DNA from: Vermamoeba vermiformis
Taxonomy: Eukaryota
DNA length: 64,000 nucleotides
Direction: 5' to 3'
Assembly: GCA_045837725.1 (NCBI GenBank)
Contig: JBEWZL010000049.1
Coordinates: forward strand, 1 to 64,000
The translations under genes were made by a program, and so were the position numbers. Under the pieces are notes generated by a model. The model saw nothing but the letters and a program-made list of their open reading frames with translations. It did not search any database and was not told the DNA's origin. This document shows, piece after piece, positions 12,838 to 26,255 of the stretch. The stretch's first letter is position 1, and each line of letters begins with the position of its first letter.

Positions 12838-14516
12838 ATGAAAAAATTTGACGAGTTCGATAAACCAATATCGCAGCAGCAGCAAATAATCAATGAGTCG
12901 ATGCATCCAAATTATTCAGCGTATCAACCGTATACAACTACCATGCAGACGCCCTCCGCGCCCCTCCACTTCTTTCAAAACAGCGCGAACTCAGCTACGA
13001 TCACTCAACAATCGGTTCAAAACGTCTACACTTCGTTTCACAGAGAAGATAATATCTCGCCGTTTTATTACGCCGATCCACGCACTCCCCAAGTCCGCCC
13101 GCAGGTCAGCTCGCCATCAATAAGTCACAACAGCTATAGCAAAGCAGCAAATAATCAATGGACCGTATTGGACAACATGACGCAAGATCAGGCCCCGCAA
13201 CAAATAGATGGCGTTGTCCCTGGCCGCCAATCTTGGTACGAGAACTTCGTATCGACGCATAATGGTGAAGGCGCGAACTTTCAGCCCTACAACACCGAAG
13301 TGAGTGTCGAGAAAGTCGCCGCAGCAAACACAGATCCGTTGGCTTTTCCGATCTTGGTGCCGCCAGAAGACGGTGGAAAAGGAGGCCCAATGACACCGAT
13401 TCAGAAGCAAAAGGAATTACTGAAATATTACGAGAAGTTGGAAGAAGAAAAGAGGAGCGAGTTAGGCGCAATTCAGTCGAAGATCAGGTACTTGAAAGAG
13501 CAAATTGATCGCAATCAGTCCTACCTCGACGATCGATTCCTAGTCAACAAGCACATTAGAAAATTGCACGCTCTCACGTACGAAGCTCTATTCAATAACT
13601 TTGTTGAAAACGAAGAAGTAAGAAAGCGTTACTTGCGAAACGGACATCCGCAGGTGAAAAACATTACGGATCTAGGTAAGCTAATCGATAGTATACAAGG
13701 TCAAGAAAGATTTCTCGAGCATTTTAGAAATTTGATTATGTCGTAATTCGACGGCAAGGAGCCTCAACTCTAAATTTTGTCAATTCAAATGAAATTTCCG
13801 CGTTTTCTACGTGTTTTACTTGTGTTCACGTGCTCGGGAGTTGTTAAAAATTTCCGTCTCATCTACCGAACGTTCTCTCTAATATTTTCGTATTCTTCAG
13901 CCGGCGTAATATACTTCATTAATGTCGATAAGACGACGAAGAAGCCTCCCAAAGTCGGTCATCCTTTCAGGTACGCAGAACACGTTTTGTGTAGTTTCAC
14001 AACGAAAATATCTCGTGCGCTGATGTTCCGTACTAATATATTCCGATAGGTGCTATTCTGAGTCCCACTACAGTTCTGTAAACCGCGAGCAACCCATCAT
14101 TTGTAAAGTCAAAGAGTGGCCTTGCGACGACGTTAAATGCTGGCGATTGTACCATTATTATTTGGGCAAGACTGGGTAAGTTAAAATATACTGTCATTAT
14201 TTTATTGCACGGGTGCAGGATAATTACGGTTTAAAATTGTCGTCTCATCGTGGAGCAAATTCTAAATTTCCGTGAGATACACACCTGTTCCATTAGACGA
14301 TCGCTATCGAATTCTTCAGTATCTAACTGATTTTTCCTCACTAGCCGACCAAGAAAGAGAGGTGCTAATGGTGCCGAGGGATCTTTCAGCTCCGAAGAGG
14401 ATCCAAGCCCCAATGTATCTGGCGATGATTATGATCGCAAACGAGGGCCAGACGAAGACGGAGAGTACGATCAACGAGCAACAAAGCGGTTCAAAACCGA
14501 GTACGAACAGCGATGA
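12838..14516 (+). CDS. Putative DNA-binding protein: Q/S/N-rich N-terminus, coiled coil, unrecognised globular domain, AT-hook
   Basis: Four exons join in phase (donor ~13676; exons from 13901, 14050 and 14346), giving ...ITDLAGVIYFINVDKTTKKPPKVGHPFRCYSESHY...CWRLYHYYLGKTGRPRKRG...KRFKTEYEQR*. Confidence 0.7.
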
Positions 14517-14934
14517 AAATGACAATCTGTCTAGGAGACGAATTGTCTGTGCGGAGAATTAGACACGACCAATGTCGGTGGCGAATCTTCTGAGTTCAAA
14601 AACCGACATTGGCCGACACACCATTCGCCAGCCACTGTAGATATGTAACGTCTTGTAAATAACATGCCGATTGTAAATTCAAACCCTATTTATTAATCAC
14701 AGCGAAATAAAATCAATTTCAAAAAATAGTAACAAATTTGGGTCCCGTCGTAGAAAAGTTTATGTCCACTTTTTAGTTTTTAATACACACAGCCGCAATT
14801 TATTGCAAAATCGTAATATACAGAGTCAGTTATAGGGCGAGAGACACTTAAGCCTATCGAGGAGTTCCAAACCGACGATGAAACAAAGCTCCATTCAAAA
14901 TTGTTTGTCCGCTATTTTTGAAAGCGGAAGGTTT

Positions 14935-15879
14935 TTAGTCCGAAGCCCCGATCGCGCCAAGTGGTGACACGATATCAATCGAATACTGAACAGATGAGTC
15001 AGAATTGACGTAGTCAGCCTCCAAAGGCTCCAATCTGAATTGCTCCGCGTCTGAGTAATGGATGAGATCTCTATCGTACATGACAGGTTGCAGGAAGATT
15101 GGGTTGGAACTGTTGTAATGACCATAGTAATAGTTGCTTGACGATGAACTCCATGAACTGGCGTCGGAAGCAAACGCTTCATAATCTGCGTCCAAATATG
15201 GAGGCGGAGTCGACGAAACGGATTCGAGTGAATTCAAATTACGAGATGAAATTGAATTGTATGACGTTGATTGTACTTGTTTGGGTTCAGTTGGGAAGTG
15301 GACGGCATAATAGACCGATTGAGGTTGTTGGTTCTGCGATCGTGAATTGTTTATGCTGAGCGGATTCGACCGAGGGATAGTGTTGGTAGGGAGGAAACGC
15401 TGGTTAGCCAAAGATCGTTGATCTACCCAATTATTAGAAGATGTTGCTTGATTTAGCTTCATTTTTTGTTTGTGAACGTCAGATGTCAACTTGTTTCCCA
15501 ATGAAACGGAGCCAGAAGGATTTTCATTAACGCGGACTTGAGCGTTCGGCAGGAGTGTGGAACCTTCTAGACTCACTCTTCTCTTCTTTCTTCGCGATGA
15601 ACCTTCTTCGTAGTAGTCTTCCTCTTCGCTCTCGTCCTCGCTATCGCCGCTGAAAGGCAGTGCTCCATCTGGCAATTGCGTTGGTTTTCTCAAACGACTG
15701 CGGGTATTGTAGCGTCCATCGGCGTCAGCTTCGTCGCCTTTGGGGATATTCAAAGGAACTTCCGCCATGAGAAGTTCGTAGATCTTTCTTCTCTTTCTTT
15801 TCTTGGTTGCCTGAAGAGGCGCAGAGGTGGACAAAGCAACTGGCAATTCAGTTTGCTCGATGGGATTGGAAGTTGCCAT
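14935..15879 (-). CDS. Single-exon low-complexity, probably nuclear protein
   Basis: Long uninterrupted ORF with basic NLS-like clusters (KKRKRRK, RRKKRR), an acidic patch and a Ser/Tyr-rich tail. Confidence 0.6.
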   Translation of the reverse strand: MATSNPIEQTELPVALSTSAPLQATKKRKRRKIYELLMAEVPLNIPKGDEADADGRYNTRSRLRKPTQLPDGALPFSGDSEDESEEEDYYEEGSSRRKKRRVSLEGSTLLPNAQVRVNENPSGSVSLGNKLTSDVHKQKMKLNQATSSNNWVDQRSLANQRFLPTNTIPRSNPLSINNSRSQNQQPQSVYYAVHFPTEPKQVQSTSYNSISSRNLNSLESVSSTPPPYLDADYEAFASDASSWSSSSSNYYYGHYNSSNPIFLQPVMYDRDLIHYSDAEQFRLEPLEADYVNSDSSVQYSIDIVSPLGAIGASD

Positions 15880-16136
15880 GACGTGTTGTTTCGGATTCCA
15901 AGGCGAAATTAAAACAACCACTTGTTCGAACCAACACCTTTTTATTCGCGCAAAACCAAAATGTTCACCTCATCAAACATGTCATAATTGTGCACAAACA
16001 TTGAAAATTCAACAAAACTTGTCATCGCCCGTCAATTTTTTGTGTCACGCACGTGGAGAAATGTGCTATTTTGGGTACTTCGACCGCTTTAAGGAACTGT
16101 CTTGCACATCAATGTTCCTTAATCTACGAGTTCCAT

Positions 16137-16181
16137 ATCCCAAATCATCGTCTCTCATCCCAAATCATCGTCTCTCATCCC
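16137..16181. repeat. Perfect 20-bp tandem duplication (atcccaaatcatcgtctctc x2 plus partial)
   Basis: Read directly in the intergenic sequence. Confidence 0.9.
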
Positions 16182-16983
16182 GAATCTTCCTCTGCGGACG
16201 TTCCGACTCGTAAATTCGATTTAGCTCGATTGACCTCGCGAGGAATCGCGAACCGCAAACCATTAAAAGCATGAATAGGCAATGCGTCACTTTTTTGAAT
16301 TGTGGGGCGTTGGAGCTCCATTGAAGGATTCAGCGCTGGGGAGCAGTGACGGGAAAAGATACGTAGAAGCGGAATTTTCTAACTTTAGAAATACAACGGT
16401 TACGTGAAAACTTGCAGTCGAGAGTTTTGTGCTTTAGCGAATCTAAGCAGGTAAAACTCGTCAAAAATGACTCGGCGCGATACAGAGATTAGAATCAGGT
16501 GCACAAGCGGCCGAATGAAAAATCACCAAAAATAGCACAAAAGCGGTGAACTCGTATCCGATACATATATACTGGTCATCTCCTCACCTAGGTGGTGATC
16601 ATAGCGCGATTCGATTCGCGTTTGCCGAGGCCGCCGAAGTTGGGTTGGTGATTCTACCGTATTTTAGTTTGAGTCCACATGCCGATAAGAAATAAAATTG
16701 TGCTAAATATGGAAGCACAACCAGTTGAAGAAATATCTTTGACGCAGTAGTTGCTTAGCGAGTTAGATCGCGTCACAACCGAAAATCTTTTAGCACGACG
16801 TGCAGCATTACTCAAGTAACTTGTCTGGGCTTCTTCTGTATTGTTTGAATTTGGAAGGTCCTTTTATTGCTTGGTTCGAGCTTGTTTGTTGTGGTGTTCT
16901 TACGCTGTGAGGAAAAGTTGAGTTTTTTTCGCGCACTAATTTTGTTGGCTCCTCTTTTTCCTTCATACATAGTTTTATCATCA

Positions 16984-19900
16984 ATGGACGCAGAGGAGAC
17001 TGACTTTAATGACGTTGAAGATTTTGTCTTCAAAGAGAAAGAAAATGTCAGTATTGGAACCGGTTTTGGATCGGTGGAGTCCGCGATCGGTAACTTGATC
17101 CTAGTCTCAAATAAGTATGGTTTCGTTATTGCAGCTATTAAAAAAGGTAATTTCACATTATATTATATGCGAGATTAACGTAAATAGAGCCGCTATTAAT
17201 TTAAAAAATTATTATTGTTTTTTTCTATTATTCTCAATAACGCTAATTATTATTTTATCAAGGTCTTCGCTTTATTCGAAGTCAAAATTTACATAAAAAA
17301 TCATCGGACCATGGCAGCACGGTTCAGATTCCTTTGGAAGACAATGCAACCTCGATCGGTCTTGCAGCAGATCAGCTCACCCTCTCCGTTGTAATCACTA
17401 ATAGCACAAAAGTATTGTTGTACGATATCCCTAAGATCGCGGGAAGAGTAAGTTTAGAGTTATGGTGCACCGTGTGTGATTAGTTAACAATTTTTCGTAC
17501 TGACAGGATGTGGCTTCTTTTGCTTCCCCCGACTTTAACTCCGAAGTTGAGGATCTTCGTTGGCATGCGACAGACCCAAACACATTCGCTGTGAAGCTGG
17601 CTGATGGTCGAGTAATAGAATACAACGTGTCTACAGGGTCTCAAACTAGCGTAGCAACACTGCGTGATGTCATGTCAAGTACGTACACTACAGCGAACAT
17701 ATCGCTTCCCTGCCTTATTATAACGACACTCGACGTGTTCGACTGCCAGCGCGCAAGTAAATAACGGTTATTTTTGTACTACTAGTTTCGTGGCACCCGT
17801 CGCAAAACACGATTGCTTGCTTGCTCGAGGACGGAAAGATTGAAATATACACAAAGAACGGAGACAGTTACAGTGCTAGTCGCTCACTGCCAGCATTGGA
17901 AGCGGACGGAAATGACTCTGCCGATGGTACGAATTTTAACACAATTTCGCGCTTGTCAACTCTGACGTGCAATTCTTGATTTAGCAAGTTACATCCGCTG
18001 GTTTGATGATAACGTGATCGGTGTTGGCTACTCATTATCGGAGACTGACGTGGCATTTTTGATGATCACGTTAAAGGGCGATGATTACGAGGCTCAAAAG
18101 ATGATTGCTCAAACTGACATGGAAAATCCGAGCTTTTCAACAGCTTACATTAAAGAATGGTACGTTCATCTAGGTCATCATTTCATGAAATCTTTTAAAA
18201 TCTTGGTCTATTCATCGCTGCACGTGCGTTGCGCAATGAAAATTGGTGCACATTTTGGCGCGATCCAAACAAAATTCATAGGCGTCTAACCCAATTCAAA
18301 ATCAGGAAGGCGTTGCTGTGGGTCACCACTGGCGCGCAAGACATCGAGGTCATGAGCCAAGACGACGATGGAAAGTGGTTTACCGCCATCTTAATGGATG
18401 ACGCCCGGCCAAACGTGCCCATGGAGAACTTCATCCTTGGTATGGGATTCGATTATACCAACACTGTGTAAGTTATCATTTCCCTTCGGTACGCATCCGT
18501 TGGAAATCAGACTTGATTTGTGCAAGAGACGTTGTGAAAAGCAATTTTACATTGCGATTTCTTGATTTATTGATATTAATGGATTAAGCACGTGTTTGTA
18601 AATATTTTTAGCGGATGTGAATCTTTCGGAACGTAAGAACTAATTGTGCGGTTTTTATATCAGACAACTCAAGAAGGGCGAGGACACGTTTTACCCCGTA
18701 TCTCCATTGCTTGTTTTCGTTACTCACGAGGTAATTCGATATGATTTCATTCTTTATTCGTTTTTTTGCAATTTGCCGACTTGACAGATCTGTCAATTAA
18801 TTAAAGACGGTAAACAACGAAATAGAATTCTGACAGGTTATCATTCGGGAATGTGCCCCCGAAATATGACATTAATAGCAAGGCATAACATATGATATCT
18901 TGCCTTCTGCGGGTTGAATTCTGAAATTGCTGAAACGGCAAACTCGATCTGACCATCGATTTACTTCATAGGGTCGACTATGCACCTTTGATTTCGTCAA
19001 CAAGGCCTACAATAATGCTGCACCGTTCATGGTTTCAAATGTGCCTGCGCTACCAGCCCCGAAACAGCGAGGATCGGTCACGTCCAATGTGAATTCTGGT
19101 GCACCAATTGCGTCTCCTAATACCGCAACGACATCGGCAAACAATAATGCCGCCACTCAAACGCCAACGCCAGGTGCGCCCAAGACTGGTTCGACAGGCA
19201 GTTTTGGATTTGGGGACACCGTGTCCTCTTTGAGTTTCACAAGTGGTACATCGACGAATAGTTTCGGATTTGGAACAACAACTCCAAGCGCACCCACGAA
19301 CCAGCAAAGCACCTTTGGAATTTCAACTCCTGCTGGATCCTCGACCGCTGGCACATCTGCAACTCCGAGCAATCCAGGCTCGTTCAATTTTGGCTTTGGA
19401 ACGCCCACACAATTCGACAAGCCTACGGCGACGCCCGCTGCACCCAAAACTGGTTTATCGAGCTCTGGGTCGAACACATTCTCGTTTGGACCTAGCACAA
19501 CTGCGGACGCTGGAAAGAAAGGTAAAGGCATCTTTTGAAATCGCAAGTCATAATAACATGTATATGTAGATGATAAGAAAGATGCAAACCCGTTTGGATT
19601 TGGTTCTACGAGCTTTGGATTTAGCGACACGACCCCAAAGCCAACCGGTAAGACTTAAAATTTCCTATCTTTAGCTGGTACTAACTTGAGCATAGATAAT
19701 AAGCCACCTACAACCGACGCACCTAAGCTTGGTTCATCTGGAAGCGCGTTTTCGTTCGGTCTGAGCAATCCAGAGTACGACATCCTTTGATATTAATTTA
19801 ATATTAATTGCACCTATTCTAATGTGATTTGAATGTAGGCCGTCTTCTGTTAGTTCTCCATCTGTTCAGCGAAGGGCTCAAGCTGGTAAGTCAAATTGCT

Positions 19901-22900
19901 CCTGTTTAGTTGAATTGAAATTTTTCTCTTTAATTTTCCGGATCTACTCCCGCTTTCTTTATTCGTCTGACGTGACATTTTCGTACAAAGGGTTGTTAGA
20001 TCTTTTTTTGTTATTTTCTTCTCTATTTATTGACGGAGATCTGCGTTCTTGCTTTTGTAATTGCTTGTCGTGGAGTTCTTTTCCTATGTTTCGTACTTCG
20101 ACCTCATTATGAAGCGCGTTCGCGTCTCTATTCAAGTCTTTTTGAATTTCTGCGCTCGAATAGAAGTTTTTGAGGTCGCTGTACTGCGAGTCATTGCCGC
20201 GAGACTCCCAATAATTTTCTGCATCCACGTCATTGAAATTATCCATCTCTTTAGCTGAAGTGCTTTAGCAAATTCTTAAATCAACAATAATTGGAATGCA
20301 TTCTTATCGCATTATCGCGAAAGTGGCATCATTTTCGAGCAGATCTACAAATTTTTCATTTCGGCCACCTTCCCTGCCTCCTTGCCGTTTAAATTCAGAT
20401 CCTTATAACACAGATTTAATTTTAGCACACGATCGTGAATTATTTTGATCTTTAATGGTCTGTGCATCAATAAATTCGGATCGAGATCTGCCGAAGATTT
20501 TTCGATTCACCGCATTTCCGTAGTATCTGTTTATTACTTTGATACACAAGTTATTAAGCGTTTTTTCTTAGCGCCTCCCAAGCAAGCCCCGGCTACTGAC
20601 TTCGGATTTGGATCTGGCGCGACAAGTTTCACTTTTGATACGAAGCCGAAGGCACCGTCGACAGCTACTGCACCAACTACTGCTGCCCCTCCCAAGACGT
20701 CGTCTCAACAGGCAATTTCATTTGCACCTGCGCCAAAGCAATCCCCACAACAGGTACACACCTCTTCGCAAATCTAGCCGACGGCACACGGGACATGTTC
20801 TCATTCATTTTTATTCGATAGGCTCCTCCTACTCAAGCACAACCAGCTCCTATTAAAATTAATTTGAGCACACCAAGCTCACAAGTACCTCCTGGTAGCC
20901 AAGGTACCCCTTCGATCGGCCAGAATGTTCCTTCGACTAAGCCACCTCAAGCGGCTCAACCTCCTCAGCCTCAACCTGTTCAAGGACAACAAGCGGCTAA
21001 GCCCAAACAAGGAGTGACAGCTCAAGAGTTAATTTCCCGACCGATCAACCCTGAACGCGGGATCGAACAGCAATTTATGGAGCAGATCGCGATTTTCAAC
21101 GAAGCAATGAGACGTGCTCATGGATGGGTCGCTGATACAGTCAACAAGATTAAGGCCATTCAACAAGGTGCCAAAATGCCTCCTGAGAAGAAACTCCCGT
21201 TCACTGAAGCAGAGCTGACGCAGCTTTGTGCATCAACAAGCGATATTATGGCTAAAGTCGACGGAGATAACGTTGAAATTGAAGCATTGAAACGCCAAGT
21301 TGACGCTTTAAAGATCAACTTTTTGGATGGTACGTGGCGCCGAGAAAGAATCTTTGGCATAATTTAATTCATTTAGATTCGTTTTGCATTTGTTTAAGAT
21401 TGCAATTTGGATCAAATTTTGGGACCTTTTAACTAATTTGAGTGCGGTTAAAATTGGTCGCCGATAATTATTTTAATTTAACGGAGAATCTTGAAGTATC
21501 AACGACCTTAATTAAACTCGTTTCTATTTTTAGCGTTTGCTTTTGCCCAAGAAGCTGAGTCGTTGATTATGGCAAGCCAAGATGAGTCCTATCAACACTT
21601 GTTGGACTCGCGCAACTTGGATCCCGAATCCCAAGAAACCCGCAAAAAGTTGAAGCGCCTAATCAATGAAGTCGATAGCAGCGTTAAGCAAGTCGAACAA
21701 TATTTAGATTCTATGATGATCAAACGTGGCAAACGAGAGTAAGTTGAGATTCTATTTTCGATTCGGCATTGCAATTTAAAAAAATCGTTTCATGAAACAA
21801 ATGTTATTGGCACGTCACGCGATCCTCCTTTTTCCTTAAATAGATAATTGCCTTTAATAGAAAGAATCCTACTAATTAAAATTTATTCAGTGACAAAGCC
21901 TTCAAGGTGCCAACTCTCGCTTCACTTTACGGAACTCTGCGCAGCCACTACGAAATCGTAGCGAATCAAAAACAGAAAATCAAGCAGCTCTCGGATGCAT
22001 TTAACCGGATCCAGCTGCGGTTGGCTGCGGAGGGCAGACCTGTTCCTAGCGCTGCTTGGGACGACTTGAAGAAAGTTCAGTAAGTAACCGCAACGCAATT
22101 TTGAAATCCAAATTACGATTTCATATCGAGTCATTTAACGTAAATCATTCTTGACGCGCCTAAATATAGCGTGATTCGCTAAATACTAACATTTGTTACT
22201 AAATAGATCCGCTCAAAAGGTGAAGAAAATTTCGCGCACATTGCAATCCAAACCGCAATTTTCGTACAATCCTACCTCAGTTATGGCCGCTCCAACCGAG
22301 AACATCGACTTTGATCCGGAGATGCCTTATTACTACTATAACAAGCAGCCTTCAGGTTCAAGAATGCGCGAGTTGAAGCAGATCTTGAAACAAAGATTTG
22401 TCAGCACTGGCAGATCTAAGCCGAACACCAACGTCGTCAATATTCCCGAGGACTTGCTCGAGCTCAAGCTGACTCCATCGACGCCAGTTCAAAGCTACAG
22501 ACAACCGTCATCGTTAACATCCACTCCTTCTTCACAAATATCAAGTGTCACACCCAAGATGACACCTACTGCGGGCGTGTCACCCATGTCAACCAACCTC
22601 TTGAACCAGCCTAAGCCAGCTATGATGTCCTCGCCTTTCGCTGCTGCTCCTGCCCCTTCAGCGGCGCCCTCGACTGGTCCACAATGGTCGGCAGCACCTT
22701 CAAAAGTAGCGGCTGTCCCGATGCAATTTGGATTCCCTACTACCGCTCCAACGAAACAACCCGCAGCTCGCGTCATCGACGACGATGAGGGCTCTATTGA
22801 CGAAGAACTCTCGACCGCGGAGATGTTGAAGAAAATGCAGCAAAAACCAACGGCGCCTAACGCGAACAATAATCAGACTACAAGCGACAACAAAGACTTT

Positions 22901-25703
22901 TTGGCTGGACAAAAGTTTGGCGTGCCTAATTTGACCAATTCCGCGTTAATCAAACCGACACCATCCCCGGCCAAATCCTTATCCGCAAGCGGAACACAAT
23001 TTACTACTGGCCGCATCAAATTTGGCGTGGCTGAAGATCAAGACGGAGACGAGGAAGAAGAGTGGGAAGAAGACGAAGAGTACGACGAGGAATACGACGA
23101 CGAAGAAGGTACTCCTGAGGAGGAATACGAAGAGCCCGAGCAGGCCAAGCCATCACCAGTTAAGCCTCGTCCTCAGGTACCTGTCGCTGCCGCCAAAACT
23201 TCTGGAAACTCGTTAAATGGTTCTGGATCATTCGGTTTTGGAACGACAGGCTCGTCATTTTCATTCGGTCAACCTTCTACTGGCAGTAGCAATACCAACA
23301 AGCCTGCCCAATCGACGACCGCAGCGCCGTTCACGAGCGGATCTACTTCCAACTCCGCATCTGCTTTCAATTTCAATGCGGGAGCTACAAAGGGCCCTGC
23401 ACCGGCTGCTATGACCGGACCTAAGCCGGGAGAGAAGAGAAAGACAGGTGCACCTCAAACACGTAAGTTTAATATGATTCAGATGGGTTGTCTATGAGAC
23501 ATTTTATCCGAGCTCAAATTCCGGATTGTGCACACAACGTAATCGTTTCACAAATAATTTTATTGACGCTGTTTTTAGTTGTGTCTTACCACGATCCAGA
23601 AGAGGAAGACGAGGAAGAAGAAGAAGGTGAGGACTCAGAAGACAGTTATGTTGAAACCACCGGTCCTCGTCCTGGCGCGGTACCGCCAAGCGGTGCTGCA
23701 AAAGTATCTCCGAAACCAGCAGACCAAGCAAAGCCATTAGGCACTTCGGGATCATTTAGCTTCGGCACGGCTGATTCAACCAAGCCTGGCACGAGTTCAT
23801 TTGGATTTGGTACACCAAGCACGACAACATCAGATGCCAACAAGCCCGCCGCCACAGCAGCTCCTTCGACTAGCTCTAGCACGAGTGGATCTTCGTCATT
23901 AGGCTTTGGCTCGTTGTCATCTCTCGGTGCAAACACGTTCTCGTTCGGTGGTCCCACTGGCGGAGACAAAAAGCCAGGTGACACGAAGCCAGCAACGGGC
24001 ACATCAAGCACATTCTCGTTTGGTTCTTTGGGCGCTACAGACGCCACCAAACCCGCCACTGGCACGAGCACATCCGATGCGAAGACCTCACCGGGAACTA
24101 AACCAGCGACATCCGCACCATCCACTGATAAGCCTGCTGGCACCACATTAGGTAGCTCATTCACATTTGGCGGACCAAGCACTACTACTAGCGGTGATAA
24201 GCCTCCCACATCGGGCTCAAGCACATTCACGTTTGGTTCCACAACTTCGTCTGCACCAACGACTGACACGAAGCCTGCTGCAACAACCACGCCTGCCACA
24301 GGCTCATCAACGTTCAGCTTTGGCACGACACCAAGCACTGATGCTAGCAAGCCTACTACTACTGGCACAGCCACGACAACACCCGCGACATCAACTCCTG
24401 CCACGAGCACGGGCACTGCAACAACTGCTGCCACAGGCACTACGGCCACTACAGCTCCATCAACCACAGCCACTACTACTGGCACAGGCTTTGGATTTGG
24501 TAGTTCGAGCGGCACATCTGGCACTTTTGGTTTTGGTTCGGGTTCTTCGAGCACATTCGGATTGGGATCCACTCCTGCAACTACGACAACGGGTACTACA
24601 AGCACTTTTGGCACTCCTGCAGCTACTACTACACCTGCAAAGCCTGACGCGGCTAAGCCTACTGAGCCCACAACCCCTGCCACCCCTGCTTCCGGTAAGA
24701 CATTTGCTTGTCACACTTTAATTCAGCTATTAATACTTCGTCAGGTTTTGGCTTTGGCTTCGGCTCATCAACGCCGAGCTTCGGCTTTGGTGCACAACCA
24801 TCAACTCCGTCAACGCCAAGCACTTTTGGCGCAACACAACCCTCGGCTACCACTGCCCCTGGTGGCACGAGCACGGGTGGCTTGTCTTTTGGCTTGTCAT
24901 TAGGAGGACCCACGGCACAGCCTAATAAGCCAGCCACGAACCCTTTCGGTGGTGCCACAACCACGCCGGCAGCTACCACTGCGCCATCTACTGGCAACTT
25001 GTTTGGCGGTACTACTAGCGGATCCTTCTTGACGCAACCGACCTTCGGATCCAGCTTTGGTTCTACACCATCGACACCTGCTGCACAACCTAGCGCGCCT
25101 ACAACATCGTTTGGCACACCAGCACCAAGCTCTGGCTCTTCGCCGTTTGCTTCATTCGGTCAACAAAGTTCACTTGGATCCGTGTTCGGTCAAAGCTCTT
25201 CGTTAGGTTAGTGACCAAAAGCCATACATCGTATTAAGTAATTAACACCTTTGCTTTAGGTGGCCCAACTGCGTCGTTTGGATCAACTTCAACTTTTGGC
25301 TCTCCTGCAACTCCTGGCTTTGGTCTTGGAAACGTAAGTCATTGGTCACCTCACTCAACGTGACATCTGTCAATCTGTTGTCATCATTGGCTGACCGTTA
25401 TTTCAGCCTCAAGCAGTTCAACAACAAATTCAAGCTACTACTAATGCACCTCGTGTCTTTGGATCTGGCAGCACTTTTGGTTCACCAAGCAGTACGTAAC
25501 TTTCACACGACTATCATAATGACTTAATATTAACATGTGTATTTTCAGCTGGTGGAAGTCCTTTCAGTCAACTTGCCTCATCGTCACCTGGCTTTGGAGG
25601 AGGACAGCCAACGACTGGTTTTGGCGGCTTTGGTGGAGCACCTCAACCTGCAGCACAGCCTCCTCAATTTGGCAACTCTGCCATGTGGGCACCTAGAAAA
25701 TAA
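16984..25703 (+). CDS. NUP214: FG-nucleoporin Nup214/Nup159 family
   Basis: N-terminal beta-propeller-like region (LILVSNKYG, WH repeats), FSFG/FGFG repeat blocks, a central coiled coil (~21050-22080) and long Thr/Ser/FG tracts, ending FGNSAMWAPRK*. Confidence 0.88.
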
Positions 25704-26255
25704 ATTTAAGGGCCAAATTGTAAGGCTAATAAAGCAGCTTTATTCTATTGCATTGCTCTACTAATCCCGGACTTGTAAAAAATTTTCCTTGAATGACTCT
25801 GTACATGACACCAGGGTGAGGATATTGAACAGTTAAAAGTATTGTCCAATCGTAGAGCGAAATTACCTGTTTTCCAAGTCTTGGCATTATGTAGCACAAC
25901 CAGTCACCCAAGCCTTGGGCTCGCGATCCAAATAAATCCAGAGGGTAAGATTACATTAGCAGCTCTATGCGAAAAATTTATTAGGAGATGAATGTCTGAA
26001 AGTGTTATTTTGCTTGTGAGTGCACTGGAGTCGCATCTGTTCCCAAAACGGTTGGACTGTCATGCGAGGAAATGTCGTAGTACCAAGGAATTACACGCGC
26101 ACCAGTGTTCGTAGCTCCTTTTATGGTAATTTCATCACGTGTTCGAGGCAATCGGAAAAATAGTTTGCGCTGAAGCTTTGTCGCATGATTTTTCGTGTCT
26201 GAACCGATAAGAAGACAACAGGTATACAGAATACTATCAAATTTCGTGTAGTATT

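Noticed and set aside
23646..25117. Long antisense ORFs (345 aa and 152 aa) rich in Val/Ala/Gly
   Set aside because: These are shadow frames of the Thr/Ser/Pro/FG-rich Nup214 exons.
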